Positions 36,341 through 48,507 of a stretch of 64,000 bases of DNA are shown piece after piece. Both the position numbers and the translations under genes were made by a program. Origin of the DNA: Massalongia carnosa (lineage: Eukaryota); assembly GCA_965645245.1 (NCBI GenBank), contig OZ287086.1, positions 1,302,001-1,366,000 of the forward strand, in the 5' to 3' direction. Positions within the stretch are counted from its first letter, which is position 1. Each line of letters opens with the position of its first letter. The notes under the pieces were generated by a model. The model was not told the origin of the DNA. It searched no databases and saw only the letters and a list, made by a program, of their open reading frames with translations.

Positions 36341-39300
36341 ATGCCAGATAAAGATTTATGCCTATTATCTCTTGATGGTGGTGGAGTGCGAGGGCTATCG
36401 TCACTCGCAATCCTCAAGCGACTGATGGAGATCATCAATCCGGATGCGCCGCCGAAGCCATGCGAGTATTTCGACATGATCGGAGGGACAAGTACCGGTG
36501 GATTGATTGCTATCATGCTAGGTCGTCTTGAGATGAATATCGATGAATGTATTGATGCCTATGTCGCATTGTTCGATCAAGTGTTTAAAAAAAAGCGGCA
36601 TCGTGTCACAATAAACGGACACGTGCAGGGGAGATTCGACACGGAAGAGCTGGAACGGTCGATTCGAGAAATCGTAAAGCGGATGGAGAAGGCAGGGGAA
36701 AATGCTCTCCTCAAAGGATCAGAGAATCAGCAATGCAAGGTGTTAGTGCTTCGGAAGTTGCATTTACACGTATAATTCTAGTGATACTAATGAAAGCTAG
36801 ATTTGTATGCGCTCTGAGCAAAGAGACTGCCGACACAGTCCTTTTCACATCGTATCCTTCTCGAGGATCATCAGATATGTACCATAAGACACGAATTTGG
36901 GAGGCAGCTCGAGCCACATCTGCCGCATCATCCTTCTTTGATCCAGTTAAAATTGGCCAGTTTGAAGAAGAGTTTGTCGATGGGGCTGTGGGGGCTAACA
37001 ATCCTGTCGCACATCTTTGGAACGAGGCCAAAAGTGTGTGGTCAGATGAAGTGCTTGAGGGAAACATCAAATGCCTGATATCTATCGGTACCGGTGTTCC
37101 ATCCTTGGATTCTTATGGCTCAAGCCTCTTCGAGATTGCAAAAACATTGAAAGACATTGCAACAGAGACAGAAAAAACAGCGGAGTCTTTTCATCGAGCG
37201 CATTCCGATCTCGACGATGGGAATCGCTACTTTCGTTTCAATGTTTCTCATGGGCTTGAGAGTATTGGACTCGAAGATGCAGCACAGAAGAACAAGATCA
37301 TGGCCGCCACAACCCGCTATGTGGCTTTGGAAAGCGTGATGAAACAAATGAAGCTTTGTGGAAATAATCTTTCAACACGAGAATGTGCGTCAATGTTTGC
37401 TTGATAATTCTTGAGTTACTAAATCCTTGAATAGATAATGGTTCATATAAAGTGCCGTTCAGTTTGAAAGGCTTACTCCGTGTACCCAAATTCATAGCTC
37501 GTGATCAGGAAATGAATGACCTCAAGAATACCCTTTTCCCAAAACCAACTCGTGAGACTCGCCGGAAGGTGTTCGTTTTGCACGGACTGGGCGGCTCCGG
37601 CAAGACTCAGCTAGCAATCGAGTTCGCTCAAATATCAAAGAAGATTTTCAGTTCTATTTTTTGGCTAAACGGCGATAGTAAGGAAAGTGTAAGTCAAAGT
37701 CTTGCACAGATTGCTCGGCAATTACCCCCAGCTCAGATTCCGGATTCATGTATAAAATTCTCTAAAACATCCCCTGAAGAGCTAGATGAAATCATTAACA
37801 ATATTCTTATTTGGTTCAGTCGACATGAAAACAATCAATGGCTTCTCATTTTCGATAATGTCGATCGTTCCCTTGAGGTAAATGATCCTCAATCATATGA
37901 TGTGAGAGATTTTTTCCCGGAAGCCGATCATGGCTCTATTTTAATCACAAGCCGATTACGGCAACTTCGACAACTCGGGCAGGACCGGCAACTTGGAAGG
38001 ATGAGCGATCTACAAGGAGTAGAAGTATTACGATGCAGGATAGGACGATCAGTTGAAGGTAATGAAATTCAAGCAACAGTCTAAATCCAATTTACTAAGC
38101 ATTATATAGGCCTTGATAGGATCGTCGAGAAAGTGGGTGGTCTCCCACTTGCACTTGCTCATGCAGGCTCCTATATCCACGGAACGACTACAAGTGTGAA
38201 CGACTATATTCAATACTATGAAGAGACTTGGGAGAAGCTTCACAACAACAAAACGACCCGATTAATAGATTATCCTCGTAGCATTTTATCTACGTACACC
38301 ATTTCCTATGAACATGTGCAACACAATGACGCGAGCGCTGCAAAATTGCTTAATCTGTTTGCATATCTCGATCATTCAGATGTATGGTATTATTTATTCA
38401 CACATATACTTGACGAAGACGAGAGCATTATCCCAAAAGAGACATTACCTATCTGGTTTTCAAGTAGCGTGAAGACGGAATTTGATTTTACACAGAAGAT
38501 TCAAATACTGCTGGATTACTCCTTGATAGAAACACGATATGAGATCTCATCTTATGCGATTCATCCAATTATACATGACTGGTGTTTTCACTTGAATCTA
38601 ACCTCTAACGACGAGATAGCTTCTTTAGCAGTTTCTGTAATCGGTTCCGCATGTCATTCCACTGACAGTTCAGCAAACTGGCTGCATCGAAAACGACTGG
38701 CTGGTCATTGTAGTTATGTTCACTTCTGGATTGGAAAAAAACCTCAATACCTCGAAAGGAATATGAGATGGGAACAGGTATTATATTTTTCATATTTTGC
38801 TATTGGCTATTTTGCAAAAGAACAAGGCAAGCTGAAAGAGGCCGAAGAGATGTATCTGCGGGCATTGACAGGATACGAAAAGGCCAGGGGTCTTGATCAC
38901 ACATCAACGCTCGACACAGTCAACAATCTAGGAAATTTGTATAAACATCAAGGCAAGATGAACGAGGCCGAAGAGATGTATCTGCGGGCATTGACAGGAT
39001 ACGAAAAGGCCTGGGGTCCTGATCACACATCAACGCTCGACACAGTCAACAATCTAGGGATTTTGTATGCAAATCAAGGCAAGATGAACGAGGCCGAAGA
39101 GATGTATCTGCGGGCATTGACAGGATGCGAAAAGGCCAGGGGTCCTGATCACACATCAACGCTCAACACAGTCAACAATCTAGGAAATTTGTATGCAGAT
39201 CAAGGCAAGATGAACGAGGCCGAAGAGATGTATCTGCGGGCATTGATAGGATGCGAAAAGGCCTGGGGTCCTGATCACACATCAACGCTCGACACAGTCA

Positions 39301-40286
39301 ACAATCTAGGGATTTTGTATGCAGATCAAGGCAAGATGAACGAGGCCGAAGAGATGTATCTGCGGGCATTGACAGGATACGAAAAGGCCTGGGGTCCTGA
39401 TCACACATCAACGCTCGACACAGTCAACAATCTAGGAAATTTGTATAAACATCAAGGCAAGATGAACGAGGCCGAAGAGATGTATCTGCGGGCATTGACA
39501 GGAAACGAAAAGGCCAGGGGTCCTGATCACACATCAACGCTCGGCACAGTCAGAAATCTAGGGAGTTTGTATGCAGATCAAGGCAAGATGAACGAGGCCG
39601 AAGAGATGTATCTGCGGGCATTGACAGGATACGAAAAGGCCTGGGGTCCTGATCACACATCAACGCTCGCCACAGTCAACAATCTAGGGCTTTTGTATGC
39701 AGATCAAGGCAAGATGAACGAGGCCGAAGAGATGTATCTGCGGGCATTGACAGGATGCGAAAAGGCCTGGGGTCCTGATCACACATCAACGCTCGACACA
39801 GTCAACAATCTAGGAAATTTGTATGCAGATCAAGGCAAGATGAACGAGGCCGAAGAGATGTATCTGCGGGCATTGACAGGATACGAAAAGGCCTGGGGTC
39901 CTGATCACACATCAACGCTCGACACAGTCAACAATCTAGGAAATTTGTATGCAGATCAAGGCAAGATGAACGAGGCCGAAGAGACGTATCTGCGGGCATT
40001 GACAGGATACGAAAAGGCCTGGGGTCCTGATCACACATCAACGCTCGACACAGTCAACAATCTAGGAAATTTGTATAAACATCAAGGCAAGATGAACGAG
40101 GCCGAAGGGATGTATCTGCGGGCATTGACAGGATACGAAAAGGCCAGAGGTCCTGATCACACATCAACGCTCGTCATAGCCAACAATCTAAGAATTCTGT
40201 ATGCAGATCAAGGCAAGATGAACGAGGCCGAAGAGATGTATCTGCGGGGCTCAAGCGGCTTACCTGTGCCAGGTATGACATTCTAG
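36341..40286 (+). CDS. Fungal NLR: patatin-like phospholipase / NB-ARC / TPR; exons 36341-36741, 36801-37384, 37435-38058, 38110-40286
   Basis: DGGGVRG, GTSTG, DGA patatin motifs; GLGGSGKT P-loop, LLIFDNVD Walker B, GLPLA; three GT..AG introns with CTAA branch sites keep the frame. Confidence 0.92.
38820..40247 (+). repeat. High-identity 126-bp tandem array (11 full + 1 partial TPR)
   Basis: CAAGGCAAG recurs every 126 bp. Confidence 0.95.
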
Positions 40287-41499
40287 GCAGGACAAGGCCT
40301 GATGACATATTCAAACGTCAAAATGAAATCAAATCAATACCGTCTGAAAGCTAGTTGAATCTTGCTGGCAATGGTGGAATTGAAATTCTATCGTTCAGCT
40401 GAGAGGGAACTTGAAGGTAAGGGGCGCAGGGGCGCAAGGCGTACGGGGGAAGTTTCAAATTTCTTGACATCTTGTCTGGCTGTGCCAATTCGGATCTAAT
40501 AGGAATTGAAAGAGAGTAGAGGTTTAAAAGGGAGTAGTGATTGAAAAGTGATAGGGACTAAAAAGCCCCAGTCATTTTAAAGCCTTGGGCATTTTTTCTG
40601 GCTGAAGATATCATGTTTCACAGGAGTTTAATATCGTTTTTTAATATTGCTACTATGGTACATAACGGTCTAGATAGTGGCCCCAAGGATAAAACCATTA
40701 TCTCTGACTTCATGTGTGTTGCGCCGAGATACTCTCCATCTATAACGCGGTACAGTTCATGTATGATTTAGGCAGCCATGTTAGATGAATGTTAGATGGA
40801 GGTAGCTATCCTTCGTAAGAATACAGTGATTGATAGGTAAGGTCAGCATACGCACGATTGCCCCCGAAGTGAGCGACCCAAGTCTGACCTGTCCATGGCC
40901 GATGATCTGCTCCATGATGATGAGTCTTTAGACAGAAGGGACATTGTACGTATACTCCTAGGCTATTCCATTCGGTCGCTGTTACAAATGGTACGGTAGC
41001 CATGATTTTGAAGCTGGAATGTTGCGAGGGAGTAGAGGAGCCGAAATTGGGAGCTAGGGCGATACGAGAGTTGATGCTGATGATGACGTAGTAGTCATAG
41101 GCTACAAGGAGCGAAGAACCCATAAGAACCCGAGATGGTCATGAGACTTACCATTCGACGCATCGAAAACAGCAGAAGGTATGGAATTAGTCAAGCTCGA
41201 TGCCGAACCGAAGCTTTTCTATGGGGAGGCAACTTATTATGGCCGCTCGTAAGGTGGTGACCTCAATAGGAATTTATGTAACCAATCTGCACGCAAAGGC
41301 CGAATGACAGTCAAGTGGGCGTCTTGTGAACCAACTCCGCAAGGTTCTGCAAGTGCATTGTGCTTGTCAAAACATCTTGACACCATGGATGAGGGCATGC
41401 GATTGGATGACCGTCTTGGTGATGACGAAGGTGTTTACAATGAAAGTGCTTTTTCAGATCGTAGCGGCTGTGGAAAGACTTCAGACGTGTCTCGGTGGA

Positions 41500-43720
41500 T
41501 AGCGCTACACAGCCGAGGCAAAAGATATATTGAGTGGGTTCGCATTCAATCGGGATGGAGTCTGAAAGAGAGGCTGGATCGAGGACAGATGGTGGTGTTA
41601 GATGCCTTCCTTGACGACCGACGTGGACGCTTGCCTTCCTGCAAGTGACAAAGGGCTGTCAAAGCTTTGATCTCTTCCACCCGCCGTCTGCACTCTTCCT
41701 TGGGGATGACGTCGCGAAGGTGAGGAGGATATCGATGACCCGGACACGCCCCTCGAAGACGTAATCCTCTGCCTTCGCCGTCTCCAGTTCTACTGACGGC
41801 AGTCCTTTCAGCTTTCGTTGAATGTCGATTACCGGCTGCTCCCTCTTACACCTCGCGTTGACCTCTTGTAAAAGAGCCTCCTCTGCCGCCGTTTTATGTT
41901 GCGATGAGCTTGATAAGCCTTTTAGTACTTATTGTACACTGATGTCCCCTTCATGCTCGCGATGGGTCCATGATTGTCTTTGATGAACTGGAACATTTTC
42001 TTTTGCCTCCGGCGAAGGAGTCTCACCTCTGGGTGACGATCTACCTGGGCTTTTTGGGCGTCATTGAGCTTCTGAGGCCGTCGTCGATCAATCGTACGAC
42101 TCATTCCACTGACGAGTCGCATCAACGCAGTTTGCGGCTTCAAATCACGATAGACGGCCCCGATATCACTTGTGATATACCTCGAGAGATAGCATTTTAA
42201 GAACACAGTGGAGTTGTGATGTTACAAAATCAGATTCCGTTGCGATTCGCTGATGAAGCCTACGCAAGGGTCAGCGAAAAGCTCAAAAGAAGATTGACAG
42301 AGGTTGTGTTACACACTTGCTGTTGTCGAGAGCTTCGCTATTGCCGCGTCGAAAGATGTATCAATCGGTGGGAAGCTTCATGCCGGTGACGCTTTCAAGG
42401 ATTATCATCCCTGAGCGAAGAGTACTGTCAGGCAGAGCTTTGTCATCCGAAATTCAAACCCCGTTCACGGTGACTTCGGATCGGCGGAAGATGAGAACGT
42501 GTAGCATCTTTTTCTTATGGTGAAACGGCAGCTATTTCTATTCCAGGGAGATCCGAAGATGGAATAACTGTTCGGCAGAAATCAGTTCAGGAGCGGCGAA
42601 GGCCTGATCGATAAAGATCAAAGTGAGTAGGTTCAGAGGAGGACAAAGCAGCAGGCATGGTTCGTCAGGCTCGTCAGGAATCCTGAACTCGTTTTTATGA
42701 TCTTGTCAGTCGTTCAGCGAAACTGTCCGTCTCGACGAAGAAAGCACAAAAGGGCAACACGGACGTTTCTTTATCGCCTAGATAGCCCTTCGTATTCTTG
42801 AATGCGATTTCAATCAACCGTCGAGGAAGCTCCCCTCCTTTAAGATCCGGAAGCAAGGTGATCTTAGCATCTTTGTAGCACACACTCAAGAGGGTAGCAG
42901 GACGGTTGTCTGTGATTCCGGCTAGCTGCATGATCAAGGCTAGTTGTACACGGTGCCGCTCGTGATCAAAGACGATCTCGACGGAGAGAAACAATGTCTT
43001 CAGGAGCTCGAACTCGTCCTCGGCCCGCATGATGAGCTTCTTCTTCTTCTTCTCAGCCCTTAACCCATGCTTTAGAGCGAGCCGTTATCTCACCTAGTAC
43101 TGGTTAATCAATAGAGGCGTAGAATCGGGCTCTCGTATCCCGTGCATCTGGCTTTTGATAAGCGGGTCGATCTCTAGACAGTCAGTCTCTTTCTTTCGCA
43201 CTAGGCAAAAAACATTCCAGTATGTTTGCAGGGTACTAGCCGCACTCAGCCGATCTTTTCGAACGGAGAGTAGCCAGTCGAAAAAGACGTATAGGATGTT
43301 GATAGAGATCTCCTTGAGAGCCATGACGGGGTTCTTCCCAGTGAATTCGCAATATCTATCAGCCTCGATCAGATTTCGCCAGTCCACTTATTGATAGTAG
43401 TAGTAGCATCTCCTTACCAATACCAAAGGTTCTTAATCCAGCTCTGCAGATCCTCGCTGCTGTCCTTGTAAACTCGTTCAGGGAAAATTAGAGTCGATGA
43501 GCGTGGACGATAGATAATCGATGTGAAGGAGGGACGACGAAAATGAAAGTGGGAGAATAAGAGGGTTGGAAAGGCGAAGATGAAGGGTAGAGGGACACGA
43601 AGAGAAGGGTCGTCAGAGACGATGGGAACGGAGGGGAAGCTGAGCAGAACAGCCGATTCTGGAGGTCGGGGGGGCACGATGAAATAAATACCTGGTGTCG
43701 GACAAGGACCATGAGGACCA
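41500..43720 (-). pseudogene. DUF3435-type tyrosine recombinase (Starship captain family), degraded
   Basis: FDHERHRVQLALIMQLAGIT.NRP..LL, TKGYLG, NEFRIPD..EPCLLLCP..DQAF, YIFRRG, HHNSTVFLK.YLSR, MSRTIDRRRP; several stops; ends approximate. Confidence 0.8.
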
Positions 43721-45671
43721 GCTGAGTGATGATGCTTGAGGCATGAAACGCTCGACGTGGTGAGGTGGTGCGCAAGAGCGACCGGGGACGGGTAGGGCGG
43801 CGGACAAATCCAGCAATATAGAAGCTGAAACAAATAATATGAGGAGAGAAGCTGCAATTTATGATTTGAGAGTGGAGGACTGAGCGCCTTGAGGTCTACT
43901 TTCGCGTTAGCAGGTGCGTTCTAGCTGCGCGAACTAGCTAACTTACACTCGATATGCGTTTGAGAAGAGAATTTTGATATGTGGCTTTTAGATGGCAGAC
44001 AGTCTTTAATTATAAAATCTTATAAGTATTCCTCACATTGATGAAGATGAGAGATGGACCACTTCATTTCATTTCAGGCTTGTTTTCTCTGCCCACAAAA
44101 AGGTCAGTAAATATTTTGATCTCGAAAATATAGGCACACATTAACTCACTTCTCAATGACTCTTAGAGGCCATCTCTTCTATGTTTGCTAATAAATAACA
44201 CACCAGGCTGTAACTAAATAACAAGGGTGTTTACATTGATATATGACCTCGGTATAATCACACATGTTAAGATGAAAGGCAGCAGAAACGAGATTAAAGA
44301 ATCTAACAACCTGGCGAGAGATAGAAGTGCTTCTGAAGGAGAGAGAGGTTTAAATAGACTTTGCATATACGGCGAAGAAAGCCTCTTTCTATATGCTTTC
44401 CGATCTCGTTCTCTAGACAAAGTCATCATCCTGCGCCCCTAATCTCAACAGAGCAGAATACATAGTCATCGCACATTCTTGTCCAGAACCCCTCCAGCAA
44501 TAGTGAGCTGCATACTTTATACTAGTCAGTAGATGTTTCATGACCTAAAATCATTGTCTGATGTAAAGAAGACCGAGCCCATAGGGATCATAATCCCATA
44601 AGCTGCCTTCACAGCGAATCAAAGTATCATATACGCCACAGATGTCTCCGTTGAGGACGTACATGAGAACCGGGGAACCATACGGTCTTAGGCAGATTGC
44701 AGCTGAATTTCGGGTGAAACTAGCCTCAAGTGATAGAGCAGCAGTGACGCTCATATCCGCTTGAGAATCTATAAGTCCTCAGTTTGAAACAAGATCATCA
44801 ATCTGGAAGACTTTGTATACCCTAAACCTGCTAACAGCAGCGAAGGATGTTCTTTGATCTCAGAAATTGATCTATCTGATTGATGGATGAATTCAGCTTG
44901 CTCTGAGATTGAGTTGTCGAAGAGTGAGATAGCCGATAGAGGGTATTGTCTATTATAATGTATTTCAACTCTGCTTTCTCTGTAGGCTATGATCTCGCGG
45001 TGGAATCATCGTGCAACCACCTTCAACGAAGCGACTTTGAACTGTTTGAATACTCGCTTAGCCCCATTAGTTCTAGCTCAGCCCTGCAGTCACCTCCGTA
45101 GTAATTTCAACATTATGCCGTCAACTGTTCATTTAACAGGTTATGGGCCCGGTTAGCCTATAGTGCTGCCGAGTGATTTTCTTGTGTCAGTTTCGAGGTT
45201 ATACATAACGAGATGGCGGACCAACGCGACTCCACAGACCCCCTAATACACCAACAAGTATGACAAGCCCTTCCCCTCCTCCCTCTTCATCTTCTGGCCC
45301 CGATGGGCAGTATTCAAAAGCGGTAAGGAAATGGGATATAAGGGTAGAGCCCAAGCTAGGTGCCGATAATTATTTAACCTGGGCGGAAGAGATGTGGATT
45401 CAGCTTAAATCTATGAGAGTCCTCTAGTTAGTAGAAGGAAAAACCCCTCAACCAGATACAGTAGCCCGACCAAAAGACTTTGACGAATGGGACCACGATG
45501 ACACCAACGCATTGAAATGGATACGGGCCAACTGTGAGAAAAGCCAATTGACTCACCTTCGAAACAAAACAACATCCAAAGCCGCCTAGGACGCTCTAAA
45601 GAAGGTCCATGGAGTCCACGCCAGAGGAAGAATCAACTATTTATTGAAGCGATTCTATACCTACAAGGCGA

Positions 45672-45912
45672 TCATCGGTCCTCCTCCTTCTACACCATCG
45701 GTCCTCCTTCTTCTACACCATCGGTCCTCCTCCTTCTACACCATCGGTCCTCCTTCTTCTACACCATCGGTCCTCCTCCTTCTACACCATCGGTCCTCCT
45801 CCTTCTACACCATCGGTCCTCCTCCTTCTACAACATCGGTCCTCCTCCTTCTACACCATCGGTCCTCCTCCTTCTACACCATCGGTCCTCCTCCTTCTAC
45901 ACCATCGGTCCT
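45672..45912. repeat. 23-bp minisatellite CCATCGGTCCTCCTCCTTCTACA x about 10
   Basis: Seen directly. Confidence 0.95.
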
Positions 45913-46356
45913 CACCACGGAGACGCCAAAGGCCTCACCGTGGGGCGACCGTCAAACATAGATTTGCTCCCATCTCTTCGCATCAAAACAATGCTAATTT
46001 AACGCGTTCACACGCGTCGCAGACGTCCGTACGGAAGAGGATTCGAAGGCCAACTGCCGGGGTGTCGCATGCGCGCGTCCCTGCACCATGCTTCTAAGGG
46101 TTCAAGTCCCTTCATGCAGTCATCAGCTGGAAGAAGATGTGGACCAAAGGAGCCGCATCACCCCCCACCCTGGCACAGTCGACACGAGTTCTAGCTCCTG
46201 AAAGTTCAAGTCTCCCTATGCAGTCATCAGCTGGAATCAACAGAACGCGTACAGGCACCGGTGCGAATGCTGCCACCTCAAAGAAAACTCTATCACGGAG
46301 CGGAATAACAAAATCTCAGTTAACAGGCCCGGCTTGTTAAATAAAATCGAGGAAAG

Positions 46357-46517
46357 CACAGAGTCACAAAACACAGTCACAAAGCACATAGTCATAAACC
46401 ACACAGTCACAAACCACACAGTCACAAACCACACAGTCATCAAACACACAGTCATAAACACACAGTCACAAAACACACATTCAAAAAACACATAGTCACA
46501 AAACACACAGTCACAAA
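46357..46517. repeat. About 15-bp tandem CACAGTCACAAACCA
   Basis: Seen directly. Confidence 0.9.
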
Positions 46518-48507
46518 TCAATAACACGTCCCTGTGTAGGGGGTTCTGCGGGGGCTCGTTAAGGCAGATCTGCATCTCGTTAATATCGGAGTACATATTT
46601 TTAGAGATTCAAGTCCTTTCTAGCAGTCAGCAGCTGAAAATAATGTATTTTGACACGGGCATGGTGTGGATTTGACACGGGTAGACCTCGATGGATCACA
46701 AAACGAATGAAAAGAGTTTAGCGAAACTTCGTTAATATTGTTCTCGAAGACCTCGTTAATAAGATTTTCATAGACCTCGTTAACAACGTTCGGTCATACT
46801 CTTAAAGGTTCAAGTCCTTTCATGCAGTCATCGGCTGAGAGTTAGAGACGTACGACACGGGTCAGCTATGTCTATCACACGGGTCTCCTTCGTCTACAAC
46901 ACGGAGCCCTTCGGCTGAAAGAAATAAAACATATAGACACATAGTGTAGGGTCACACCCTACACGATACAAGGGATTTGGGTTATGAAAACCATCCAATT
47001 GATGGCTACCGTGAGCAACACGGCCCGAACCGGAGTCGTACCGGGGATGGTGGAGGCAACCTAGTCATGAAATAGGACATCCTTGGGACAAGAAGAGGGC
47101 AATATACGAGGAACCCGTTAATTGATAACAGTCTAGGCCCTGAGCTAATAGACGAATTTCAAATGAGCACCCCTCCGAGTTGTCCTCGACTCGTTTTGGT
47201 TAGTAGGGACGGAAAATCGATACTATACTGCCTGGTCAGGAGCATAGTGGTCGAAATCCCTGCGAGACATGGTCGGTTCATAAGCGGGAGACCTTTATGA
47301 ATAACGCGAAGTGGGCGTAAAAAACCCGTGAGGCGTGGTATGCAATGGCGGCCACCGTACGGAGACCGTCTGCATAGCCCGAGAGGACAGTATGCGCATG
47401 TCGGTGTCTATAGAGCAGGGAATGTCTATCTCGCTCGTAATGAGACCCCGTCGGTTCGCCAGCGCATGGGCTACGGCTAGACTCGCCCTTGATATATGCT
47501 TAAGGAGTAAACTGGGTTTGACCTGGGCGAAAGGGACGTCGTTCACCCCAATCGTAGAATTCATCAATAGTCTTGGGCCGTAAAACGCACCAGTGAGATG
47601 AACGAAAACTGGGATAGAGACTTCACGAAGGAGATGTCAGCTCTATTTTATCATTCTTAGACGACGACTGCGAACGATGGCCCGCTCGCCACGGCTCCGT
47701 ATTCGCGCCACACAAATACGAGCTGATACAACTGGCAAAGAATCCAAAGAAATTCAACCTGGACGCATCCTTCGCGGTAAGAGGCAAGATCCTGAAGACC
47801 AAGACTTCGATAAGAGTCCTGGGAGTATACATTGACACTAGTCTCGATTGGGCAGCGCATTACAAGGAAATTCAGAAGAAAATGACGAGACAAACAATGG
47901 CACTAACCAAAATCGCAGCCTCAACCTGGGGGGCGACCCTCCTACAAGCCCGCCACGTGTACACAGCAGTGATACGCCCCGCCATGTCGCACGGCTCGAT
48001 AGCATGGCACATGCCAGCCGAAGCAAGAAAGAAAGCCAAAGTCGAATCAAGAAGCAAACTCGAAGTCATACAAAACAAGTTGTTTACGAGTCATAGCCGG
48101 AGCGTAAAAGGCCTCAATTGAAGTATTACAGGCAGAAACCCACATCCCTCCCTTAACGCAACATCTAGACCGCTTACAAGCAAAAACGAGATCCAGACTC
48201 TCGAACAGCGAACAGGAAAAATTATAAAGCAGGCGTGCAATAGAATTCAAGTGAAACTCAGAGGAAAAAGAGGTCAATCGCGAGTCGCAGAGAAAACACC
48301 GGGAACTCGTAAACGAGAATGGGTAACAAAGATGACGAAAGACGCACCGAAAACAGTTAAACTGGATCAACCCTCTCCCCGTCCCTGGACAACGATCGAC
48401 GAGGCACAGAAGAGACAATGCACAGCGCAAGTAACGACGCAGAACCAACGAGAAGGGATAATAAAGAAGCACTTTGAGAATCAGTGGATCAACAAGAGGA
48501 AAGCATA

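Noticed and set aside
38820..40247. Regular repeats as a CRISPR-like array
   Set aside because: No unique spacers; units are in-frame 42-aa TPR coding repeats in a eukaryotic gene
40806..41123. ORF with CPFC..HHH motif
   Set aside because: Short and apparently fragmentary; no gene model can be supported
43860..45040. Starship terminal repeat or 5S rDNA target
   Set aside because: No recognisable 5S sequence; short TTAC-type words are too common to assign without an empty-site comparison
45672..45912. 23-bp repeats as CRISPR or as the 105-aa ORF
   Set aside because: Head-to-tail minisatellite without spacers; the ORF is a by-product
46081..46125. tRNA gene
   Set aside because: Only a T-arm and partial acceptor-like pairing; no D or anticodon arms
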